Source of the DNA: Candidatus Woesearchaeota archaeon
GTDB lineage: Archaea; Nanobdellota; Nanobdellia; Woesearchaeales; BM511
Assembly (NCBI GenBank): GCA_023266675.1
Contig: JAHFPP010000002.1
Location: 1-45,734 of the forward strand
DNA length: 45,734 bases
Direction: 5' to 3'
Each line of letters opens with the position of its first letter. Positions within the stretch are counted from its first letter, which is position 1. Positions 34,701 through 41,841 of the stretch are shown in pieces. A program made the translations under genes and the position numbers. A model generated the notes under the pieces. The model had not been told where the DNA came from. It saw nothing but the letters and a program-made list of their open reading frames with translations, and did no database searches.

Positions 34701-36470
34701 CATTACCGGGTGAGAATAATTCAGGAATATGATTCCTCCCCCCATATCGGTGTTTATGTTTGGATTTCCAAAAATGTGACCAAGTGTTGCATTTCCAGTC
34801 TTCCAACTGCTTTCATTGGCATATGTAAAATTATACCACGAATTATTAGAAGCATCATTTTTTGGGGTGCCGTTAAAGCTTGTATTTGTAAAACTCCATA
34901 CGCTGCCATTTGCAACAAGCACTGTCCTATTAATTCCTATAGAAAGAATATTTGTTGCAGAATTTATTCCGCAGCATATGCATGTCCATAAAATTGTCGA
35001 ATAATTATTTATGTTGCTAGTTACAAGCGTAATATTATTTGAAAGATTAAGTGTTTTATCTGTTGTTGTTGAATAGCTTACAAGACCAATTTTATTCCCA
35101 GACACGTTTAACATATTTGTTGCAAAGGTTTTATCAAGACATTTGGCAACACTGAGTCTGTTGGTATCTGAGTCATTTATATGAGGGTCAGTGCAGTTTC
35201 TTGTAACACCATCATTACCACTATTCATCTCATAACCCATGCTGCCGGATATATCAGTGCTTATTACGGCATCAGCAGAACCTAAATACTCAACAAAATA
35301 ACTAACATTCTCTGCACCCATCCTTATCGGGATATTTTTTGTTGACAAGAATGAATAATTCATTCCAAGACTTCCAAGCACGCTTCCGTCAAGGCATTGA
35401 ATTGTTGTTGTAGTTGAACTCGTATCAGTAAAAACAGTTGAGTTTCCAATCTTAAGATAAAATGTTGAATTGCTGGAATTTGTATGGTCAACAAAGTATT
35501 TTACGCAGACACTCATATCTGTTATATCACCTGGAATGTATGTTGAGGAATAAATATTTATAAGGCCGTCAATTGATGGAAAGTAAAATTTTGTATAACC
35601 TTCAGGTGCCGGGTCATACATCTGTTTTGTTTTATAGTCAAATCTTACAAACCCTCCGCTTAGGTATGCAGTGTCAAGACTTCCAAGGGGAATTATTGAA
35701 ATGTTATTTCTTACACCAGGAATTACGCTGTTTTTACAAGTTGAAAGATTCCAAGAATCAGCTGTCATTACTCCTGATTTCTTTGTCAGATTTATTCCGC
35801 ATTTTACATTGTTAAAATATATATTGAATATGTCACCTATATCATTTCCTATCTCAATCTCTGCGTAAATATTTGTAATATTCGCGTCGATTGGTATATC
35901 ATCTGTGAAATCAGAAATGTTTCCCTGGCCGATAAATCCTCCAAAAAAGATGTAGCTTGAATCCTTTTTTTCTTCAAGCCCCTCAAGATAAACCTTTGAT
36001 GTTGAACCTCGAATCGGCTTATATCTCTCAATTCCGGAAATCAGTCTTTTTGCAGTCATTACTTTCTGGCCTACAGGCTTTCCATTTGTATAAACCAATT
36101 CATCATTTATTGATATTGAAAACCCGTAATTACCAGGTATCAATTCAGCGCTTATATTTCTTGCAAGATTCTCAGCTTCAACAGTCTTATTAAGAACATA
36201 AAGTTCACCGATTGTTTCAAGAAGGGTGTTATTGAGATTTTCAACAACACCGCTTGCTATTATCTCCTTCATATATGAATTATTTATTTCATAAGTTTTT
36301 ATGCTAGAAAAACCTTTTACGATATCATATGACATGTAGCTTAAATCAGGCGTTTTGTCTTCATGCACAAAATTCTGGGAGAGTGATATCATGGCTATGA
36401 CTATTATCAGCCCTGCAAACATTGCATCAGTTGTAAAAAGTATTCCCTTATCTTTCTTTTGACCAAACAT
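31740..36470 (-). CDS. 1576-aa pilin-like (class III signal-type N-terminus) giant adhesin with a vWA domain interrupted by a very large insertion
   Basis: N-terminus MFGQKKDKG|ILFTTDAMFAGLIIVIAMISL. MIDAS motif DISGSM at aa 406-411 (nt 35255-35238). WTCICCGINSA at about aa 495-504. The vWA resumes with AMLLMTDGQAN (D at aa 1225, nt 32798) ...VYAVGYSSDADESTLQGIA. Very many N-x-S/T sequons. Confidence 0.8.
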   Translation of the reverse strand: MFGQKKDKGILFTTDAMFAGLIIVIAMISLSQNFVHEDKTPDLSYMSYDIVKGFSSIKTYEINNSYMKEIIASGVVENLNNTLLETIGELYVLNKTVEAENLARNISAELIPGNYGFSISINDELVYTNGKPVGQKVMTAKRLISGIERYKPIRGSTSKVYLEGLEEKKDSSYIFFGGFIGQGNISDFTDDIPIDANITNIYAEIEIGNDIGDIFNIYFNNVKCGINLTKKSGVMTADSWNLSTCKNSVIPGVRNNISIIPLGSLDTAYLSGGFVRFDYKTKQMYDPAPEGYTKFYFPSIDGLINIYSSTYIPGDITDMSVCVKYFVDHTNSSNSTFYLKIGNSTVFTDTSSTTTTIQCLDGSVLGSLGMNYSFLSTKNIPIRMGAENVSYFVEYLGSADAVISTDISGSMGYEMNSGNDGVTRNCTDPHINDSDTNRLSVAKCLDKTFATNMLNVSGNKIGLVSYSTTTDKTLNLSNNITLVTSNINNYSTILWTCICCGINSATNILSIGINRTVLVANGSVWSFTNTSFNGTPKNDASNNSWYNFTYANESSWKTGNATLGHIFGNPNINTDMGGGIIFLNYSHPVMWENSSDLSSPEADFTHGWNSTANTFGLGRGDDGWDWNGSGTLITITNVSADLENSTIFLQLNNTVGKYVSSLVLPSSNLSIGKGWINASNMYGPGITFGNGTASYRNNSWYGFNTNIPLDNLTSSTVINGLLVNSNCSVNPSTGTNTFYIQLSNNNGTSWSPTVDDTGDIGTAYTLRNNTNGLVELWGLTWNASSANNARVKLVTNVDSSHLSNQIRCDFIKMQINYSLFPNNQIDINGSVRNYSGVLTGVLPSSSLENITVTVNINAYNSSASSANNGTLPLLLLKMYNGTGFEYIGNMTPIGSGNISKIITNSNILSAWSSQSNRNLSLQIAYMDDNSIIKDVLNYSAVWVSIVSSQTNFTVNFSGPTNGVLKLNFSTGSPSQNRCSNYDCQGFYGVDVDITPALYAVINASNGKFILEFNYEWESSPANPFSSIVDEVWIKSRWISPNSGEHYLGSEISNVDGDNTLEVANQNNPDTEFSGFFSTNIKDYVEGPGHYYLDFGAKLNADSSSKWGAAKFDNVSLKASNTTETYYLRKHFNITNLNSLSKIFMNLMSDNSAKVYLNGVLVFSDNTVNNATYWNTVGHQIANSYFREGENVFAVELFTSSEFSRFNMELFRINDSRNKAMLLMTDGQANRECSEQGVTADLDNDDTADTSMDDAIQASCDARRNWGISVYAVGYSSDADESTLQGIADCGGGMYLRSNDTAVLSNFYDDVAAEIMDVSRVEQKIVVTGSPTLSKLYGQESYIEINYTSPIHAPEIGEISANFENRGILNCTLYSNISSKLRLVDSKVSSYSSSKWTDYLFVNNATTHNLSWFNSDYQFLGDPYIVGFSPLLLNYDKINNITIRTGIEPVNSTGCSPNDTFFYTGLMKSTISYSEVLEYAIGCNWNVQFEDNSVSTLKVPQNYLGSNNCSYKSSGIIYNVNDTYDDAVYKLLNNLDLNSNGKIDVNLVENNLVIGAISVNKVPYPWGPAIAEVRIWQ

Positions 36471-36987
36471 AGGTTACCATCTCAATTATTCGTACGCTGC
36501 TGTTATTATTATCTCTTAAAACAACAAACCTTGTTATTGATGAAATGTGAGTTGGAGACTCAAGCGATTCAATATTTGTATTATTGATTCCCTGCTTGCC
36601 AATAAACTTTTGATTTGTTATATTTAATACGTTTCCGTTATAATCAGTAAAAAATATGATATAATCATATTTAGTTTTTAATAGAGTTCGCGCTTTATCG
36701 TAATCATCTCTAGTCATATTTGAAAATAATTCAAGTTTACCAAGCATCAATGTGTAATCATTATCTGTGAATCCGATTCGCACAACGTTTGTTGAGTTCC
36801 AGTCATCAGGGTAACCTTTTGTTGTAAGATAATCCGTAATTGTTTTTGTCTCTGACATGACATTGTTTTCAATATTCTCTGTTCCAATATTCTGATTTGT
36901 GTAAAAAGAAAAAAAAATAAGTATCATCATTGTTATTATTACTACCGCGATTATAAGGTCCTGCGTAAATGCTTGGGCTTTTTTCAT
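36448..36987 (-). CDS. pilin-like protein (class III signal-type N-terminus)
   Basis: MKKAQ|AFTQDLIIAVVIITMMILIFFSF. 179 aa. 23-nt overlap with the giant gene. Confidence 0.6.
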   Translation of the reverse strand: MKKAQAFTQDLIIAVVIITMMILIFFSFYTNQNIGTENIENNVMSETKTITDYLTTKGYPDDWNSTNVVRIGFTDNDYTLMLGKLELFSNMTRDDYDKARTLLKTKYDYIIFFTDYNGNVLNITNQKFIGKQGINNTNIESLESPTHISSITRFVVLRDNNNSSVRIIEMVTYVWSKER

Positions 36988-36996
36988 AATATCCAG

Positions 36997-37374
36997 TCAA
37001 CATAATTCTATATTTAAGCATATTTTGCCGTTAATGTTTCTTATAGTGTTTTCTCCTTTCTTTATATTTCCTGAAATATTTGGAAGACTTGCTATAAGGT
37101 CAATATTATTGTAGGTGATAATTAGGTCGCCGCCTGTTATAGAGATGTTATAATCGACATTGTTAAGTTTTAAAGGTACATCAAAATTTCTAAAATATCC
37201 TGGTTCAACTTTGGTTGCCAAAAAAAGTTCATTTTCAACACTCACCAAAATATTTTTTGCAATTATTACGTTCTGCTCATCTACCTGGTCCTTGAAAAAA
37301 TATGTGAGTGTCCCAATCAGAAGTATGCCTATAGTCAAAGACACACCAAGCATGATGATGAATTCAGCAGACAC
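36997..37374 (-). CDS. pilin-like protein (DUF361-type SAEFII N-terminus), start problematic
   Basis: (GTG)SAEFIIMLGVSLTIGILLIGTL. The only in-frame start is GTG 37374, which leaves no leader peptide (see finding). Confidence 0.55.
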   Translation of the reverse strand: MSAEFIIMLGVSLTIGILLIGTLTYFFKDQVDEQNVIIAKNILVSVENELFLATKVEPGYFRNFDVPLKLNNVDYNISITGGDLIITYNNIDLIASLPNISGNIKKGENTIRNINGKICLNIELC

Positions 37375-37382
37375 CTGCGCAG

Positions 37383-37814
37383 TTACGTTTCGCTTACCGA
37401 TACATAATCACCCTCTGATTTTATGGCAATAAGATGAACTCCTTGCACTGTTGAGATGTTTCCGCTTATATTAATTGGTGTTATTTGGCTTATATCAAGA
37501 ATAACATTATCTGATGTTTTATAATAAATTATGATTTCTTTGTTTTGAAAAGTCATGTTTTCAATACCGCGTGGAATATTTACTTTTAGTGTAGTCTTTG
37601 AAGGCTCACCTTGATAATACATCTCCTCCGCCTTATACGCTATCTCCCTTGCAATCTGAGACGCCTGTGAAATAGCAATATCAGATTTTATATGCTCAGA
37701 CTCTGTAGCAAATAGAAGTATTGTCGGTATCAAAAGAACAAGCGTAAAACCCATCATCACAAGATATTCTATGCTAAACTGCGCCCTACTAAAAATACGT
37801 ACCTCTTTTTTCAC
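37383..37814 (-). CDS. pilin-like protein with canonical archaeal class III signal peptide
   Basis: (GTG)KKEVRIFSRAQ|FSIEYLVMMGFTLVLLIPTILLF. GGGTGA lies 6 nt upstream of the GTG start. Confidence 0.7.
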   Translation of the reverse strand: MKKEVRIFSRAQFSIEYLVMMGFTLVLLIPTILLFATESEHIKSDIAISQASQIAREIAYKAEEMYYQGEPSKTTLKVNIPRGIENMTFQNKEIIIYYKTSDNVILDISQITPINISGNISTVQGVHLIAIKSEGDYVSVSET

Positions 37815-37863
37815 AATAATTCACCCAATCCAATCTCTTCAAAGTTATCTAAACTTTGACTAT

Positions 37864-37905
37864 AGACAAAGAATAATTTCTCATAAATCATACATTTCTT
37901 TGTCT
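37864..37905. promoter_or_regulatory. 10-bp perfect inverted repeat (AGACAAAGAA / TTCTTTGTCT, 22-nt spacer) in divergent intergenic region
   Basis: Read directly. Arms are 37864-37873 and 37896-37905. Confidence 0.4.
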
Positions 37906-37910
37906 AATAA

Positions 37911-37947
37911 GCAATGAAAATTTTTTACAATGATTAATTTCCATTGC
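37911..37947. promoter_or_regulatory. 12-bp inverted repeat with one mismatch (GCAATGAAAATT / AATTTCCATTGC) abutting a TATATATAAATA box
   Basis: Arms are 37911-37922 and 37936-37947. An AT-box follows at 37948-37960. Confidence 0.35.
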
Positions 37948-37983
37948 TATATATAAATAATTTGGTATTAACAGGCAAAAAAC

Positions 37984-38000
37984 CGAAGATTTTAAATACT
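37984..38000 (+). promoter_or_regulatory. BRE/TATA promoter candidate for 38033 gene
   Basis: CGAAGATTTTAAATACT lies 33 nt upstream of GTG 38033. Confidence 0.45.
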
Positions 38001-38032
38001 CCCACTAAGGTTTATGTAAAAATAAGCTGGAG

Positions 38033-38671
38033 GTGTTAAGCATCGACGATCAAAAAGGATTTAACCGTTCAATGAATAAATATATTAGGGTTACAAGACG
38101 AAAAGAATCAGGAATACTTCAAAAATTATCCAATCATTTCGCAAAAATTCACCGGAAATTTAAGAAGCACGATCACAGTCTGCCTGAGAATTTGTCAGAA
38201 CACGAAATACACATAGAAGAAAAAAAACCGAATTTTTTTAAGAGATTGCTTAAAGGAAAATCAAAACAGGAGCAGGAGACTATCGAGGAAGAGGTAGTGT
38301 CCAAGCCTGAAGCTGTCCAGGAAAAAATGGAAGAAGTAGTAGAGGATTACGATACACTCAATGAAGTTGAGAAAGAAGTTGAGCACAAAAAAGACGGGCT
38401 TTTCTCAAAATTTAAGAGTATGCTTAAATCAAAACCAAAACACGCAGCAGATGAGGATATCCCTGTTGAGCAGATTGAACGGGTAATTGAAGGAAAACCA
38501 GCAAAGCATTCTGATGACCCACACGAATTAAGGGAAGATTTGAAAAGAATTTCAAAAATAACTTTGTCAGTGATCCACGACCTTGACGAGGAAAAGCAGG
38601 ACGCATTTAAGCGAAGCGGCGAATTTCACGAATATAAAACAATTCTTGAAAAGCACGGGCTTGTAAAATAA
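38033..38671 (+). CDS. highly charged K/E-rich protein, unknown function
   Basis: 212-aa ORF. Low complexity (EEKKPNFFKRLLKGKSKQEQETIEEEVV). GTG start overlapping GGAGGTG; an alternative ATG (MNKYIRV) is at 38072. T-runs follow the stop. Confidence 0.45.
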   Translation: MLSIDDQKGFNRSMNKYIRVTRRKESGILQKLSNHFAKIHRKFKKHDHSLPENLSEHEIHIEEKKPNFFKRLLKGKSKQEQETIEEEVVSKPEAVQEKMEEVVEDYDTLNEVEKEVEHKKDGLFSKFKSMLKSKPKHAADEDIPVEQIERVIEGKPAKHSDDPHELREDLKRISKITLSVIHDLDEEKQDAFKRSGEFHEYKTILEKHGLVK

Positions 38672-38708
38672 ATTTTTATTTTTTACTTATATTTTTTCTT
38701 AGAATATC

Positions 38709-39584
38709 TTATTCTTTAGTCAATTTCTGCCGTCCAGTAATATAATTTGTAACAAGCCCTGATAATCCAGCATATTTATTATCATCTATTTTATCAGGAT
38801 TTGTTATTAAAATACTATAAGCGCTATTAATATCATCTTGTGTCACACCTTTTGGTTTTGCATCTAAAACTGCGCGAATGCATCCGCCAGCACTTCCTAC
38901 ATTATGCACTCCGGCGTCAAAGTTTGAGTTCATAAGAAACCGATTTACCCATGATGCACGGCTAATTGCATTTCCATTTTTAGCTTTCTTTTTTACATAC
39001 TCAGGATTCAAGACATAAATCCTTGTTTTTTCCATTTTATTATCTTTTAGCATTTTCATGACTTCCTTGAAGTCCTCACCTTTGCCATAAACCATTTCTG
39101 CAAATTTTCTCTGAGTTTTATTCAGGCTATCATAATTATTACTTTCATTTTCAGATTTTGACGCCGTTGAAATTTCAAAATAGCACAATTCGTCATCAGT
39201 GTGCTTTTGAAGATTTAATTCTGATAAATCAATTTTAATTGTTTCACCTATCTTAACTGATTCTTTGATTTCGTTCATTTCGTCAAGCGATGGTGTGTAA
39301 TCTCTTGTCTCTTTTATCTGCTTCACAGCGTCGTCAATGTGCCTAAAAATCAAATTATGCTCTCTTTTTGCAAAGTAAAGGATTACTTTGTCATTTTCAA
39401 CAGTATACATTGGAAAATCTGCAGTAAAATACCATCGCTCCCTTAATTCATTATTCTTAATTCTCTCTTTCATTATCTCATAAGAATGGCTGACTGTACC
39501 TATGTATGACTCTTTTAATGCCGCACATAGTTCACCTATTATATCTTCAAGAGAGTCTTTTTTTGCCATTTGAGATTTTTTCAA
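38709..39584 (-). CDS. hypothetical protein (291 aa), no recognisable motif
   Basis: Long clean ORF with typical local codon usage, convergent with 38033..38671. Confidence 0.5.
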   Translation of the reverse strand: MKKSQMAKKDSLEDIIGELCAALKESYIGTVSHSYEIMKERIKNNELRERWYFTADFPMYTVENDKVILYFAKREHNLIFRHIDDAVKQIKETRDYTPSLDEMNEIKESVKIGETIKIDLSELNLQKHTDDELCYFEISTASKSENESNNYDSLNKTQRKFAEMVYGKGEDFKEVMKMLKDNKMEKTRIYVLNPEYVKKKAKNGNAISRASWVNRFLMNSNFDAGVHNVGSAGGCIRAVLDAKPKGVTQDDINSAYSILITNPDKIDDNKYAGLSGLVTNYITGRQKLTKE

Positions 39585-39659
39585 TATACTTTATAGAGTA
39601 AATACTAAGAAACTTATAAAGGTTTAGGAGATTAAACCACTTTAAAGTGGATACATATG

Positions 39660-40286
39660 TTATATTCTAAATTTACTATATAAAAATCTCTTTAAAAAAT
39701 TAAGATTACCCTTATCTAGTGAAAATTTATTCATATTCCTTCTAAGATATTTTACTCTTAACTTAGTTAAATCTTCTGAGTTATCATAAAAAGCATCATC
39801 AAATTCATCCATATCTTCAGAATATTCTTGTAAGATACTCCACCAATATTCATGTTGACTTAATTTATCTCCTCTTTTTTTAATAACTTTTTTATCAACA
39901 TTTTCAATTAACTCCCTGTTTTTCTGTAATTCAATGTATTCTGCTTTTGAAAGTTTATTTTGTGTTATTTTTAATAGTGCTTTCTTTGTAATATCAGCTT
40001 TTTTAGAAGCTCCGATAATTTTCAAAGCATCAACAGCATCATATGCAAATATCCCTGAAGAATTAAAAAAATACTGTCCATACCCACCATTACTAATTTC
40101 ACCTTCTAACATAAATGTAATATAATTTACTCTAATTGGTTCCGGAAGAGACATTACTAATTTATACTGTTCATCCCACTGTTCTTTGATTACATCATTC
40201 ACAACATAATCTACTAAATACTGTTCAATTTTCTCATCAGTCAATAATTCAATTTTTTCCTTTGATAATTTATTTCTTGAATTCAT
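39660..40286 (-). CDS. DUF4375 / DMP19-like (DNA-mimic or immunity-type) domain protein
   Basis: Contains VNYITFMLEGEISNGGYGQYFFNSSG, matching the NGGFxQ(F/Y)FxN core of the DMP19 C-terminal domain family. Confidence 0.5.
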   Translation of the reverse strand: MNSRNKLSKEKIELLTDEKIEQYLVDYVVNDVIKEQWDEQYKLVMSLPEPIRVNYITFMLEGEISNGGYGQYFFNSSGIFAYDAVDALKIIGASKKADITKKALLKITQNKLSKAEYIELQKNRELIENVDKKVIKKRGDKLSQHEYWWSILQEYSEDMDEFDDAFYDNSEDLTKLRVKYLRRNMNKFSLDKGNLNFLKRFLYSKFRI

Positions 40287-40620
40287 TTTGTAGTAACTTT
40301 AAGTATAATACTTCTAATTAATATAAATATCTAATTATATCTTAAAATCTTAATTTTTGAAATACATAATTCTCTTTCTTTTAGAGATAATTTCTAATTG
40401 AAAATAATCTTAATATACCTAACTATTGTTACTTTATCCGGGTTCCCACTGGACGCACTGGACAGCTGTGCACGAGAAGTTTATAAACTAATTCTCTTTC
40501 TTATTTTTAGTTTTTACTTATATTTTAATCACAATTTGTAAGTTCAACTGCCAAATTATGATTTACTCAAATAAATAAATCATTTACGCAGGTTTCACGT
40601 GAGAAATTCAGTGATATAAA

Positions 40621-41841
40621 ATGACTAAAAAAATAAAAACAATAATTCAAGAGAATAAAGTTGACATCTCGAAAATGTCCAGAGAGGAGAAGATAAAAGC
40701 TTTGCTTAATTATGCAAAGGAAGTTTACATTAAAGAAAACCGATTTGTTTCAAAAAGAGAAATAAGAAAAGTTTTTCATGTTGAACTTTATAACTATTTT
40801 AAGAATATCTTTGATATGTATCAAAACTTAAACCTTGATGTTCCCTTAGCCCACTGTCCAAGAGAATATGCTATAAACAAAATTATTGAATTTGTTAAAA
40901 ATAAAGCTAAAGAAGGAAGTTATCTCTCAAAATCAGATATTGAAACCGAGTTAAACATACATATTGATACATATTTTAAAGATTTAAATGATCTTTATAC
41001 AATTGCAGGAATTGATTATAATATTGTCAAGAACTCGATTATGAAAAAGATTATTTTAGCGCATACTTATACTTCTGAAGAAATTGAAAAACAAAAACAA
41101 TCAATAAGAGACTTTATCCAATTAAATGTTTCAAACGGATTTTACCCAAGTACACAATATATCCAGAAAAGTCTAAATCTTTCTTTTTACAATCTTTATG
41201 ATGATATTTATCAAGCTTATAGAGATGCAAATATAAGCTATGAGCGACCCTCTCCAATAATTCTAGGAAAGCAGAAAGAAAGAGTTCTTACTCTTATAAT
41301 TAAAGAATTATTTTATAGAATGGGCTATAAATTACTAAGGGTATCCATTGAATCAAAAACAGATTTTAATAAATTTTCAGATATGACAATAATTGATAAA
41401 GATGGAAATAAATGTCTTGTAGAGATAAAAGCATACAGAAAAGATTATTGCATAACTAAAAGAGAACTTAATCAATTATCAAGATACATGAAGAAAGAAA
41501 ACATTTCTAAAGGAATATTTATCACAACAACAGAAAAATGTAAACTTAAAATGGAAAATATTGATATCATTAACGGAGATAAAATTATACAATTTATGAG
41601 AAAATACAATTTACATAAATATTTATACTCAATAAAATGGATTCAGGAATCTAGAGTTAATTCTAAAGAGAAAGAAGAACATTATAACCTAACAAGAGAA
41701 AAAATTATCGAATTTGTTAAGAATCATAAAGAATTTCCATCAAAAATAGAGTTAGAAAAATCTCTAAGACTTGATATTAAAACCTACTTTGGAAGAAATC
41801 CGTATAAAAAAATAAAAGAAATAATAAAAAAAGATGCTTAG
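40621..41841 (+). CDS. Mrr-type (PD-(D/E)xK) restriction-endonuclease-domain protein flanked by four short helical repeats
   Basis: Core is [17 protein letters not shown]...[24 protein letters not shown]...KGIFITT (D...EIK). Repeats of type (F/Y)(L/P)SKS(D/E)IE..L.I...Y(F)..L..(L)Y..AGI at aa about 40, 100, 175 and 360 resemble homing-endonuclease-associated repeats. Confidence 0.6.
   Translation: MTKKIKTIIQENKVDISKMSREEKIKALLNYAKEVYIKENRFVSKREIRKVFHVELYNYFKNIFDMYQNLNLDVPLAHCPREYAINKIIEFVKNKAKEGSYLSKSDIETELNIHIDTYFKDLNDLYTIAGIDYNIVKNSIMKKIILAHTYTSEEIEKQKQSIRDFIQLNVSNGFYPSTQYIQKSLNLSFYNLYDDIYQAYRDANISYERPSPIILGKQKERVLTLIIKELFYRMGYKLLRVSIESKTDFNKFSDMTIIDKDGNKCLVEIKAYRKDYCITKRELNQLSRYMKKENISKGIFITTTEKCKLKMENIDIINGDKIIQFMRKYNLHKYLYSIKWIQESRVNSKEKEEHYNLTREKIIEFVKNHKEFPSKIELEKSLRLDIKTYFGRNPYKKIKEIIKKDA

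Noticed and set aside
40438-40476. GC-rich island as a split-tRNA half gene (Nanoarchaeum style) or C/D box sRNA
   Set aside because: It has no acceptor or D-arm pattern on one strand and no GTTCGAATC-type T-arm on the other. No RUGAUGA/CUGA boxes are nearby.
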